Shown here: positions 50,320-62,528 of the stretch, piece after piece
How the letters are laid out: each line of letters starts with the position of its first letter
Position numbering within the stretch: position 1 is the stretch's first letter
Assembly: GCF_036321535.1 (NCBI RefSeq)
Contig: NC_087472.1
Coordinates: 2,108,001-2,172,000, forward strand
DNA: 64,000 bases
Direction of reading: 5' to 3'
Source: Camelus dromedarius
Lineage: Eukaryota
The notes under the pieces: generated by a model
Databases searched by the model: none
What the model was told of the DNA's origin: nothing
Seen by the model: only the letters and a program-made list of their open reading frames with translations
Made by a program: the position numbers and the translations under genes

Positions 50320-51235
50320 GGACCCTGGACCCCAAAACACAGTCGGTCCTGGGAGGCCATAGGTCGGAATAAGCACCGGCGGCATTTCCCGCCATCCGGG
50401 TCTCGGAGGGACTGGGGTCCTGGGATGAGGGGCGGGGCTTCGGGGGTTCCAAGGGGAGGCTACATGCCGCCTGAGTCAAAGTGAGGACCCCGAGGGAGAA
50501 CGGAGGGACCCTGGACCCCAAAACACAGTCGGTCCTGGGAGGCCATAGGTCGGAATAAGCACCGGCGGCATTTCCCGCCATCCGGGTCTCGGAGGGACTG
50601 GGGTCCTGGGATGAGGGGCGGGGCTTCGGGGGTTCCAAGGGGAGGCTACATGCCGCCTGAGTCAAAGTGAGGACCCCGAGGGAGAACGGAGGGACCCTGG
50701 ACCCCAAAACACAGTCGGTCCTGGGAGGCCATAGGTCGGAATAAGCACCGGCGGCATTTCCCGCCATCCGGGTCTCGGAGGGACTGGGGTCCTGGGATGA
50801 GGGGCGGGGCTTCGGGGGTTCCAAGGGGAGGCTACATGCCGCCTGAGTCAAAGTGAGGACCCCGAGGGAGAACAGAGGGATCCTGGACCCCAAGACAGTG
50901 TTGGATCTTGGAGGCCTTGGGGCAGGGTGACCACCTGCGGCGTTTCCTGCCATCCGGGTCTCGGAGGGACTGGGGTCCTGGGATGAGGGGCGGGGCCTCG
51001 GGGGCTCCAAGGGGAGGCTATCTGCCGCCTGAGTCAAAGTGAGGACCCCGAGGGAGAACGGAGGGATCCTGGACCCCAAGACACTGTTGGATCTTGGAGG
51101 CCTTGGGGCAGGGTGACCACCTGCGGCGTTTCCTGCCATCCGGGTCTCGGAGGGACTGGGGTCATGGGATGAGGGGCGGGGCCTCGGGGGCTCCAAGGGG
51201 AGGCTACATGCCGCCTGAGTCAAAGTGAGGACCCT
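50320..51235 (+). repeat. 186-bp VNTR, unit 3 (5 copies)
   Basis: Anchors at 50425, 50611, 50797, 50983, 51169. Confidence 0.9.
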
Positions 51236-52457
51236 CAAGCAGGAAGGAGGGGCCCCTGAACCCAGAAAAGTGGCCATCCCACAGAGAGTCGCCCTTGCTT
51301 TCAGCTGTCCGGCGGCCCGAGGGGACGACAGCCCACGTGGTTTGTCCTGACTTCCGCATCCGAGTCTCAGACAGACCTGGGACATAGTGAAAGGGCGGGG
51401 GCCTCAGGTCTGCGGAGGAGAGAATCTCAGGGCCGCCTGGGAGTGAAGGTGACGACCGCGAGTTAGCATTCAGGGACCCTGGACCCCAAAACAGAGTCAG
51501 TCCTGGGAGGCCATGGGGCGGGAGGACCTCGGGCAGCAGTTCCTGAAATGCGGGTCTCAGAGGGACTGGGGTCTTGGTATGACGGGCGGGGCCTCAGGTG
51601 GGCTGAGAGGGGAATCCCAGGTCCTGCCAGGAGTCAAGGTGACCCCGAGGGAGGAGTGAGGGACCCGAGATCCCAGAACAGAGGGGACGCAACCGATCCT
51701 GCCCCTGCTGTCAGCCCTGGGAGGCCTCAATGCGGGATGAGCACACGTGGTGTGTCCTGACTTCGGCATCCAGGGCTCAGAGAGACCGGGGACCTACTAT
51801 CAGGATGGGGCCCTCAGGTGGTTGCAGAGCAGAATCCCAGGTCCCGCTTGGAGTCCCGGTGAGGACCCTGAGTTAGCGCGGACAGGACCTCCCACCCTAG
51901 AAGAGTGGGAACCTGCCAGAGCCCAGGCCTCCTGCCAGCACGCGGGTCCAGGGCTGTGCCACAGTGTAGATCCGAGGTCTCCCCTCCTTTCTCTCCCAGG
52001 GGCTCCAGACACCGGGAAGGCCTAGGTCTGAGACACGTGTTCTCGGGTCACAGAGCACAGGAGGCTGGCAGTGCCAGGACTGAAGGTGAGGTGTGGGCCC
52101 TGAGTGTGTACCCGGGGGCTCCCGGAACAGAGGGGACCCCGCGAGGCCAACGTCCACTCCACACACCCCGTGTTGCCCCCAGAACCTCGGGCTGTGCCGG
52201 CTGCACCCTGAGGAGCCGCCTCACTTCCCCCGTCAGGTTCACAGACGACCGTCCACCAGGAGGAGAGCCCCTGTGAGGCCGAGGGCACCCCTGAAGAGGA
52301 GACCTGTAAGTAGCCTTTGTCAGAGCCCCCCACGGTGGGTTTCTCAGCCCGGGCCACTGACACTCCCTTTCTTCCCCAGGCCCGTGGGTCCCCATCTGTC
52401 ACCCCTGCCCTCGCTGCTCTCAGCTGCCCGACACCACTCACCGTGCCTCCCGTTCAG

Positions 52458-53456
52458 ATGCGTGACCTCCACCACACTGAAGCCGACTTTCACGACCCAA
52501 GAGAGGCTGAGGATTCCGAGGATGAGCAGGACATTTGGGTTGAGGAGGAGGAGGGCGCATCCCCGTTGTCTCCCTCCTCCTCCTCCTCCTCCTCCTCCTT
52601 CTCCTCCTCGTCTTCCTACTCAGTCCTGTTCCTGGGCAGTGGCGAGGAGGTGGCTGATTCTGGGACACCCAGTCCCGCGCAGAGCCCTCAGGGTGTCTGC
52701 CCCTCCCCCACAGCCGTGGCAGCCCCTCCCTGGAGCCAGTCGGAAGACAATGGCCTCAGAAGCCAAGGTGAGGAGGGGCCCAGCACCGGGCAGGACCCGG
52801 CAGATGCCGAGTCCCGGCTCCACGATGCATTACATTTGATGATGGTTGACCTGATGGGCTTCCTGCTCCACAAGTACCGCACAAAGCAGCCGACCTCAAA
52901 AGAGGAAATGCTGAATGCGGTCCTCAGAGATGACCAGGACCACTTCCCTGCGGTCTTGAGCCAAGCCTCTGAGTGTCTGCAGCTGGTCTTTGGGGTGGAT
53001 GTGAAGGAGGTGGACCCCAGGGAGCACTTGTATGTCCTGGTCCCCACCCTGGGCCTCACCTACGATGGCATGCAGGACGATGGGCAGAGCATTCCCAAGA
53101 CTGGCCTCCTGCTGATACTTCTGGGTGTGATTGTCCTGGAGGGCGACTTTGCTCCTGAGGAGGCAGTCTGGGGAGCACTTAGCAAGATGGGGCTGTGTGC
53201 TGGGAGGGAGCACTTCATCTATGGGGAGCCCAGGGAGCTCATCACCAACGTGTGGGTGCGGGAGGGGTACGTGGAGTACCGGCAGGTGGCCAACAGCGAT
53301 CCCGCTCGCCACGAGTTCCTGTGGGGTCCCCGGGCCTACACGGAGACCAGCAAGCTGCAAGTCCTGGAACATTTCCTCAGGATCAATAGAAGGGGTCCCA
53401 GTTCTTTCCCGTCCCTGTCTGAAGAGCGAGTGAGTGATGAGGAAGAGGGGGCCTGA
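52458..53456 (+). CDS. MAGE-A family protein, copy 3 (one R to Q change)
   Basis: Identical to copy 1 except LRDDRDH to LRDDQDH. Confidence 0.93.
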   Translation: MRDLHHTEADFHDPREAEDSEDEQDIWVEEEEGASPLSPSSSSSSSSFSSSSSYSVLFLGSGEEVADSGTPSPAQSPQGVCPSPTAVAAPPWSQSEDNGLRSQGEEGPSTGQDPADAESRLHDALHLMMVDLMGFLLHKYRTKQPTSKEEMLNAVLRDDQDHFPAVLSQASECLQLVFGVDVKEVDPREHLYVLVPTLGLTYDGMQDDGQSIPKTGLLLILLGVIVLEGDFAPEEAVWGALSKMGLCAGREHFIYGEPRELITNVWVREGYVEYRQVANSDPARHEFLWGPRAYTETSKLQVLEHFLRINRRGPSSFPSLSEERVSDEEEGA

Positions 53457-53708
53457 GCCAGACTTGCAGCTGGGCTCCTTCTAGGCCCCTGTCCGGCAGC
53501 TTCTCCTGCCGGGCAGGAAGTGAGGCTGACTCTTCACTGTGTGTCTGAGGAGCAAGGAGTCAGCATCCTAAGTAGTGAGGGCCCGGGCCAGTGGGGGGGA
53601 CACGGTGTACAGCATCTCTGGGCTCCTGTTCTCTACAATGATATGGAAGTTCATCTTCATTTCCTTTAGTGATGTTTCAGATGTTATTCGTTTTAATAAA
53701 TATCAATA

Positions 53709-55628
53709 TACTTTATTTTATTATACAGTCTTTTTAAAGATTACATTTTATTTACAGTTATGAGAAAATATTGGTTATATACGCCTTGTTCTGCAATACA
53801 TTCTTGAACCTTCCTTACACCCAATAGTTTGTACTTCCCACTCCCTCACCCCTGTATTGCCCCTTGCCCCTCACCCCTCCCCACTGGTAATCACTAGTTT
53901 GTTCTCTATGAGCCTGCTTCTTCTTTGTTATACTCACTAGTTTGTTGTATTTTTTAGAGTCCACATATAAATTGATATCATACAGTATTTGTCTTTCTCT
54001 GTCTGATTTATTTCACTTAGCATAATGTCCTCCAAGTCCATCCATCTTGCTGNNNNNNNNNNNNNNNNNNNNNNNNNNNNNNNNNNNNNNNNNNNNNNNN
54101 NNNNNNNNNNNNNNNNNNNNNNNNNNNNNNNNNNNNNNNNNNNNNNNNNNNNNNNNNNNNNNNNNNNNNNNNNNNNNNNNNNNNNNNNNNTAGATAACGC
54201 TGCTATGAATATTGGGTGCGTGTATCTTTTCAAATTAGTATCTGGTTTTTTTTTTGTTTTGTTTTTTTTTTTGAGATGTATACCCAGGAATGGAATTGCT
54301 GGGTCACTTGGTAGTTCTAGTTTTAGTTTTTTGAGAAACGGCATACTGTTTTCCAGAGTGGTCACACCAATTTACATCCCCACCAACAGTGTAGGAGGGA
54401 TCCCTTCTCTCCACATCTTCGCCAACATTTGCTATTTGCNNNNNNNNNNNNNNNNNNNNNNNNNNNNNNNNNNNNNNNNNNNNNNNNNNNNNNNNNNNNN
54501 NNNNNNNNNNNNNNNNNNNNNNNNNNNNNNNNNNNNNNNNNNNNNNNNNNNNNNNNNNNNNNNNNNNCTTTGGACAAATGTCTATTGTGTTGTTCTGCCC
54601 GTTTTTAGTTGGGTCATTTGTTTTTTTGATGTTGAATTGTATGAGCTGTTTATATATGGTGGTTATTGCTCCCTTGTCAGTTGTAACGTTTGCAAATATT
54701 TTCTCCCCTTCAGTAGGTTGTTGTTTTAATTTAGTCAGTGGGTTCCCTTGCTGTGCAGAAGCTTTTAAGTATAATTAGGTCCCCGCTGTTTATTTTTCCT
54801 TTTATTTCCTTTGTTTTTGGACATGGATCCAAAAAGTTATTGCTGTAATTTATGTCAGAGAGTGTTCTGCCTATGTTTTCCTCTAGGAGTATTATAGTAT
54901 CCAGTCTTAAATGTAGATCTTTAATCTATTTTGAGTTTATTTTTGTATATGGTGTTAGAGAATGTTCTAAGTTCATTGTTTGACAGGTAGCTGTCCAGTT
55001 TTCCCAGAGCCACTTATTGAAGAGACTGTCTTTTCTCCATTCAATATCCTTGCTTCCTTTGTCGTACATTAATTGACGGTAAGTGTGTGGGTTTACTTCT
55101 CGCCTCTCTATCCTGTTCCATTGATCTGTGTGTCTGTTTGGGGGCCAGAACCGCACTGTTTTGATTACTACAGCTTTGTAGTATAGTCCAATGTCAGGGA
55201 GCATGATTTCTCCAGCTCTGTTCTTCATTCCCAAGATTGTTTTAGCTATTGGGGTTCTTTTCTTTTTCCAGACACTTTTTTAAATTATTTGTTCTGGTTC
55301 TGAGAAAAATGCCATTGTTATTTTGACAGGGATTGCTTTGAATCTGTAGATTGCCTTGGGTAGTATGGTCACTGGGTTGTTTGGTCAACAACACTGATTC
55401 TTCCAATCCAAGAACACGGTATATCTTTCCATCTGTTGGTGTCATCTTCAGCTTCTTGCATCAGTGTCTTGTAGTTATTGGAGTACAGGTCTTTGGTCTC
55501 CTTAGCTAGGTTTATTACTAGATTATTTATTCTCTTTGATGTGATGGTAAATGGGATTGTTTCCTTAATTTCTCTTTCTGATACTCCTTTGTTAGTGTAT
55601 AAGATGCAACAGATTTCTGTATATTAAT
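53709..55628 (-). mobile_element. 5'-truncated antisense L1, copy 3
   Basis: Duplicate of 38990-40904. Confidence 0.92.
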
Positions 55629-57774
55629 AATAATATTAAATAAGCTTCAGTATCTTAGTTTGTGAATGATATTGATTATACACGTACTGGTACTTAGGCA
55701 GCCCAAGACTGAGTTTTGCTATTTTGTAAAACAAATTGGGAAAGTTTCCATCATACTGTGTCATGCCAAAGTAGGTAACACCGCATCGGAATAGAAATTT
55801 ACTTGGAAATGTGAGAGTGATCAGCACTAAAATCGGTGGGGTCAAGAAAGAGAGAAGTAAAAGTAAACGATAGGTAATTATTGGCTCCTTATCCCTTTTC
55901 TTCTGTCAGTCTATAAAATTATAATTATGTGTGTATAACCTGGATTTGTCTGGCTTAGTTAAGAAAGTAGGAGAAAATCAACCTGGATCAGTAGGATCCC
56001 TGCTCACCATCTCAGTTCATCCGCAGACGTTCACCGAGCCTCTCCTCTCTGGAGGGCTCGGTGTTAGCAGTGGGGACACTCGGAAAAGCAGGACAGCCCA
56101 CACCTAGGATAGTCTAGGAGCCGCAGTCACATCGGGAAGTTGGTGAAAGGTCTCCTAAGTCCCATAGGGCAAATAAAAATAGGGCGAGGGGGTGGGGGTC
56201 CGGGAGAGAGCACCCAAGTGTAAGTGCCCAGCGCCAGGGCAGTTCGGGGCTTTGGGAAGCTGGGGGGGAGGTCCTTCTGTGGGAGGTGATGGTAATGAAG
56301 CTGGGTGGTGGCGGCAGGCAGACGTGCAGACGGCGCTTGTTAGTGGTGAGAGGAACGTGTCAGGTGGGAGATTGCTCTGAGAAGTCCCTCTGGGATCGTG
56401 GATACATCTCCTGGGCGAGGGGGGAAGGTGTACTTTGTTCAGGGATGCTTAGAGACCTGGTTATCCTGCCTGAGCTGCTAGGACACTCAGAATGCTCCAA
56501 CTGCAGGGAGGAGTGGCGTTTGACGTGGCTCACAGTGTACTCCGTCCTGGCATATATAGTTGAAGAGGTTTGGTAACCGCCCCAAACTTGGGGTAGGATT
56601 TACTGGGGTGTGTTCTTGGAAACGGTCTGCTGGACACTTACACTGATGGGTCAGCTCCCCTCGATGGTCAGAATCCAAAGCCATAGATGAGGAATGGTCC
56701 TGGACATCGCAGGGAGGAAACACCCACCGAGGCTGAATTCCAAACAGGGAATCCACCTCCGGCCCTCCCGACAGCCCTGGGAGACCCCCGGGCACGGGGT
56801 CCGGATGTGACGGGCGCTGATGCCCCCTCCCTGGGGGGTGAGAGAGGTGAGGGCCTGGGTGAGGGAGGCCGGCTTCAGGTCTGCACAGGGAAGGAGCCCA
56901 GCGCTGCCAGGAGTCAAGGTAGAACCGTGTGGAGGGACTCGGGTTGCAGGGAATCCAGGTCGGTTCTGCTGTCAGCCCTGGGAGACCGCAGGCAGGGTTG
57001 CGGGGATCAGTGCCCCAACCCCCACCCCCGCTTCCCTCTCGGGGGTCCTGGCTGTGGAGGGGCCTGGGTCCAAGGGGAGCAAACTGAGGTGGGCAGAGGG
57101 AGGGGCCCAGGCCCAGCCTGGAGCCCAGGTGAGGAGCAGAGGGAAGGCTGAGGGACCCCCGGGGAATCCATCTCAGCGCCTGGCGTCCACAGTCCTGGGA
57201 AGCCCTGGGCTTGGTGGCCTGCTGTGAGTCCACAGACGCCCCTGGGGGTCTCTGGGCAGTGAGGGCCTTGGTGTGAAGGTGTGGGCTCGGCTCAACAAGG
57301 GGGCGTCCCAGGACCCGCCGGGGCTCAAGGTGAGGACCCTGACGGAGGACAGCATGGGCCCCACAGATCCCCGCCCCTGCTGTCAGCCCTGGGAGGGCCT
57401 GGGTGGGATGAGCACTCGTGGGGCCCTGACTTCCTCACACCCGGGTCTCCGAGGGACGGGGGTCCTGCGATGAGGGGCGGGGCCTCGGGTGGCCAGAGGC
57501 TAGACGACACGACGCCTAAGTGACGACCCTGAGGGAAAACTGAGGGGACCCCGAACCCGGAAAAGAGGCCATCCCACAGAAAGGGGCCCTTGCTATCAGC
57601 TGTCCGGAGGCCCGAGGGCAGGACAGGCCCCCGTGTTGTGTCGTGACTGCGGCACCCTGGTCTCACAGAGACCGGGGACTTCGTGTGAGATGAGGGGGGG
57701 ACCCTCAGATCTGCAGAGGAGAGAATCCCAGGTCCCACTGGGAGTGAAGGTGACGACCGCGAGCGAGCAGTGAG

Positions 57775-58132
57775 GGACCCTGGACCCCAAAACACAGTCG
57801 GTCCTGGGAGGCCATAGGTCGGAATAAGCACCGGCGGCATTTCCCGCCATCCGGGTCTCGGAGGGACTGGGGTCCTGGGATGAGGGGCGGGGCTTCGGGG
57901 GTTCCAAGGGGAGGCTACATGCCGCCTGAGTCAAAGTGAGGACCCCGAGGGAGAACGGACGGATCTTGCACCCCGGGACAGTGTTGGACCTTGGAGGCCT
58001 TGGGGCAGGGTGACCACCTGCGGCGTTTCCTGCCATCCGGGTCTCGGAGGGACTGGGGTCATGGGATGAGGGGCGGGGCCTCGGGGGCTCCAAGGGGAGG
58101 CTACATGCCGCCTGAGTCAAAGTGAGGACCCT
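57775..58132 (+). repeat. 186-bp VNTR, unit 4 (2 copies)
   Basis: Anchors at 57880 and 58066. Unit 4 is 555 bp shorter than unit 3, about 3 x 186. Confidence 0.9.
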
Positions 58133-59354
58133 CAAGCAGGAAGGAGGGGCCCCTGAACCCAGAAAAGTGGCCATCCCACAGAGAGTCGCCCTTGCTTTCA
58201 GCTGTCCGGCGGCCCGAGGGGACGACAGCCCACGTGGTTTGTCCTGACTTCCGCATCCGAGTCTCAGACAGACCTGGGACATAGTGAAAGGGCGGGGGCC
58301 TCAGGTCTGCGGAGGAGAGAATCTCAGGGCCGCCTGGGAGTGAAGGTGACGACCGCGAGTTAGCATTCAGGGACCCTGGACCCCAAAACAGAGTCAGTCC
58401 TGGGAGGCCATGGGGCGGGAGGACCTCGGGCAGCAGTTCCTGAAATGCGGGTCTCAGAGGGACTGGGGTCTTGGTATGACGGGCGGGGCCTCAGGTGGGC
58501 TGAGAGGGGAATCCCAGGTCCTGCCAGGAGTCAAGGTGACCCCGAGGGAGGAGTGAGGGACCCGAGATCCCAGAACAGAGGGGACGCAACCGATCCTGCC
58601 CCTGCTGTCAGCCCTGGGAGGCCTCAATGCGGGATGAGCACACGTGGTGTGTCCTGACTTCGGCATCCAGGGCTCAGAGAGACCGGGGACCTACTATCAG
58701 GATGGGGCCCTCAGGTGGTTGCAGAGCAGAATCCCAGGTCCCGCTTGGAGTCCCGGTGAGGACCCTGAGTTAGCGCGGACAGGACCTCCCACCCTAGAAG
58801 AGTGGGAACCTGCCAGAGCCCAGGCCTCCTGCCAGCACGCGGGTCCAGGGCTGTGCCACAGTGTAGATCCGAGGTCTCCCCTCCTTTCTCTCCCAGGGGC
58901 TCCAGACACCGGGAAGGCCTAGGTCTGAGACACGTGTTCTCGGGTCACAGAGCACAGGAGGCTGGCAGTGCCAGGACTGAAGGTGAGGTGTGGGCCCTGA
59001 GTGTGTACCCGGGGGCTCCCGGAACAGAGGGGACCCCGCGAGGCCAACGTCCACTCCACACACCCCGTGTTGCCCCCAGAACCTCGGGCTGTGCCGGCTG
59101 CACCCTGAGGAGCCGCCTCACTTCCCCCGTCAGGTTCACAGACGACCGTCCACCAGGAGGAGAGCCCCTGTGAGGCCGAGGGCACCCCTGAAGAGGAGAC
59201 CTGTAAGTAGCCTTTGTCAGAGCCCCCCACGGTGGGTTTCTCAGCCCGGGCCACTGACACTCCCTTTCTTCCCCAGGCCCGTGGGTCCCCATCTGTCACC
59301 CCTGCCCTCGCTGCTCTCAGCTGCCCGACACCACTCACCGTGCCTCCCGTTCAG

Positions 59355-60353
59355 ATGCGTGACCTCCACCACACTGAAGCCGACTTTCACGACCCAAGAG
59401 AGGCTGAGGATTCCGAGGATGAGCAGGACATTTGGGTTGAGGAGGAGGAGGGCGCATCCCCGTTGTCTCCCTCCTCCTCCTCCTCCTCCTCCTCCTTCTC
59501 CTCCTCGTCTTCCTACTCAGTCCTGTTCCTGGGCAGTGGCGAGGAGGTGGCTGATTCTGGGACACCCAGTCCCGCGCAGAGCCCTCAGGGTGTCTGCCCC
59601 TCCCCCACAGCCGTGGCAGCCCCTCCCTGGAGCCAGTCGGAAGACAATGGCCTCAGAAGCCAAGGTGAGGAGGGGCCCAGCACCGGGCAGGACCCGGCAG
59701 ATGCCGAGTCCCGGCTCCACGATGCATTACATTTGATGATGGTTGACCTGATGGGCTTCCTGCTCCACAAGTACCGCACAAAGCAGCCGACCTCAAAAGA
59801 GGAAATGCTGAATGCGGTCCTCAGAGATGACCGGGACCACTTCCCTGCGGTCTTGAGCCAAGCCTCTGAGTGTCTGCAGCTGGTCTTTGGGGTGGATGTG
59901 AAGGAGGTGGACCCCAGGGAGCACTTGTATGTCCTGGTCCCCACCCTGGGCCTCACCTACGATGGCATGCAGGACGATGGGCAGAGCATTCCCAAGACTG
60001 GCCTCCTGCTGATACTTCTGGGTGTGATTGTCCTGGAGGGCGACTTTGCTCCTGAGGAGGCAGTCTGGGGAGCACTTAGCAAGATGGGGCTGTGTGCTGG
60101 GAGGGAGCACTTCATCTATGGGGAGCCCAGGGAGCTCATCACCAACGTGTGGGTGCGGGAGGGGTACGTGGAGTACCGGCAGGTGGCCAACAGCGATCCC
60201 GCTCGCCACGAGTTCCTGTGGGGTCCCCGGGCCTACACGGAGACCAGCAAGCTGCAAGTCCTGGAACATTTCCTCAGGATCAATAGAAGGGGTCCCAGTT
60301 CTTTCCCGTCCCTGTCTGAAGAGCGAGTGAGTGATGAGGAAGAGGGGGCCTGA
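59355..60353 (+). CDS. MAGE-A family protein, copy 4
   Basis: Protein identical to copy 1. Confidence 0.93.
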   Translation: MRDLHHTEADFHDPREAEDSEDEQDIWVEEEEGASPLSPSSSSSSSSFSSSSSYSVLFLGSGEEVADSGTPSPAQSPQGVCPSPTAVAAPPWSQSEDNGLRSQGEEGPSTGQDPADAESRLHDALHLMMVDLMGFLLHKYRTKQPTSKEEMLNAVLRDDRDHFPAVLSQASECLQLVFGVDVKEVDPREHLYVLVPTLGLTYDGMQDDGQSIPKTGLLLILLGVIVLEGDFAPEEAVWGALSKMGLCAGREHFIYGEPRELITNVWVREGYVEYRQVANSDPARHEFLWGPRAYTETSKLQVLEHFLRINRRGPSSFPSLSEERVSDEEEGA

Positions 60354-60605
60354 GCCAGACTTGCAGCTGGGCTCCTTCTAGGCCCCTGTCCGGCAGCTTC
60401 TCCTGCCGGGCAGGAAGTGAGGCTGACTCTTCACTGTGTGTCTGAGGAGCAAGGAGTCAGCACCCTAAGTAGTGAGGGCCCGGGCCAGTGGGGGGGACAC
60501 GGTGTACAGCATCTCTGGGCTCCTGTTCTCTACAATGATATGGAAGTTCATCTTCATTTCCTTTAGTGATGTTTCAGATGTTATTCGTTTTAATAAATAT
60601 CAATA

Positions 60606-62528
60606 TACTTTATTTTATTATACAGTCTTTTTAAAGATTACATTTTATTTACAGTTATGAGAAAATATTGGTTATATACGCCTTGTTCTGCAATACATTC
60701 TTGAACCTTCCTTACACCCAATAGTTTGTACTTCCCACTCCCTCACCCCTGTATTGCCCCTTGCCCCTCACCCCTCCCCACTGGTAATCACTAGTTTGTT
60801 CTCTATGAGCCTGCTTCTTCTTTGTTATACTCACTAGTTTGTTGTATTTTTTAGAGTCCACATATAAATTGATATCATACAGTATTTGTCTTTCTCTGTC
60901 TGATTTATTTCACTTAGCATAATGTCCTCCAAGTCCATCCATCTTGCTGNNNNNNNNNNNNNNNNNNNNNNNNNNNNNNNNNNNNNNNNNNNNNNNNNNN
61001 NNNNNNNNNNNNNNNNNNNNNNNNNNNNNNNNNNNNNNNNNNNNNNNNNNNNNNNNNNNNNNNNNNNNNNNNNNNNNNNNNNNNNNNNNTAGATAACGCT
61101 GCTATGAATATTGGGTGCGTGTATCTTTTCAAATTAGTATCTGGTTTTTTTTTTTGTTTTTTTTTTTTTTTTGAGATGTATACCCAGGAATGGAATTGCT
61201 GGGTCACTTGGTAGTTCTAGTTTTAGTTTTTTGAGAAACGGCATACTGTTTTCCAGAGTGGTCACACCAATTTACATCCCCACCAACAGTGTAGGAGGGA
61301 TCCCTTCTCTCCACATCTTCGCCAACATTTGCTATTTGCNNNNNNNNNNNNNNNNNNNNNNNNNNNNNNNNNNNNNNNNNNNNNNNNNNNNNNNNNNNNN
61401 NNNNNNNNNNNNNNNNNNNNNNNNNNNNNNNNNNNNNNNNNNNNNNNNNNNNNNNNNNNNNNNNNNNCTTTGGACAAATGTCTATTGTGTTGTTCTGCCC
61501 GTTTTTAGTTGGGTCATTTGTTTTTTTGATGTTGAATTGTATGAGCTGTTTATATATGGTGGTTATTGCTCCCTTGTCAGTTGTAACGTTTGCAAATATT
61601 TTCTCCCCTTCAGTAGGTTGTTGTTTTAATTTAGTCAGTGGGTTCCCTTGCTGTGCAGAAGCTTTTAAGTATAATTAGGTCCCCGCTGTTTATTTTTCCT
61701 TTTATTTCCTTTGTTTTTGGACATGGATCCAAAAAGTTATTGCTGTAATTTATGTCAGAGAGTGTTCTGCCTATGTTTTCCTCTAGGAGTATTATAGTAT
61801 CCAGTCTTAAATGTAGATCTTTAATCTATTTTGAGTTTATTTTTGTATATAGTGTTAGAGAATGTTCTAAGTTCATTGTTTGACAGGTAGCTGTCCAGTT
61901 TTCCCAGAGCCACTTATTGAAGAGACTGTCTTTTCTCCATTCAATATCCTTGCTTCCTTTGTCGTACATTAATTGACGGTAAGTGTGTGGGTTTACTTCT
62001 CGCCTCTCTATCCTGTTCCATTGATCTGTGTGTCTGTTTGGGGGCCAGAACCGCACTGTTTTGATTACTACAGCTTTGTAGTATAGTCCAATGTCAGGGA
62101 GCATGATTTCTCCAGCTCTGTTCTTCATTCCCAAGATTGTTTTAGCTATTGGGGTTCTTTTCTTTTTCCAGACACTTTTTTAAATTATTTGTTCTGGTTC
62201 TGAGAAAAATGCCATTGTTATTTTGACAGGGATTGCTTTGAATCTGTAGATTGCCTTGGGTAGTATGGTCACTGGGTTGTTTGGTCAACAACACTGATTC
62301 TTCCAATCCAAGAACACGGTATATCTTTCCATCTGTTGGTGTCATCTTCAGCTTCTTGCATCAGTGTCTTGTAGTTATTGGAGTACAGGTCTTTGGTCTC
62401 CTTAGCTAGGTTTATTACTAGATTATTTATTCTCTTTGATGTGATGGTAAATGGGATTGTTTCCTTAATTTCTCTTTCTGATACTCCTTTGTTAGTGTAT
62501 AAGATGCAACAGATTTCTGTATATTAAT
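60606..62528 (-). mobile_element. 5'-truncated antisense L1, copy 4
   Basis: Duplicate of 38990-40904. Confidence 0.92.

Noticed and set aside
35607-58282. Long minus-strand ORFs with 62-aa repeats (336, 259, 414 and 228 aa) over the VNTR
   Set aside because: They are open because 186 is a multiple of 3 in GC-rich DNA. Length simply tracks module number, most lack a true ATG start, and unit 2 is broken by a private stop at 43151.
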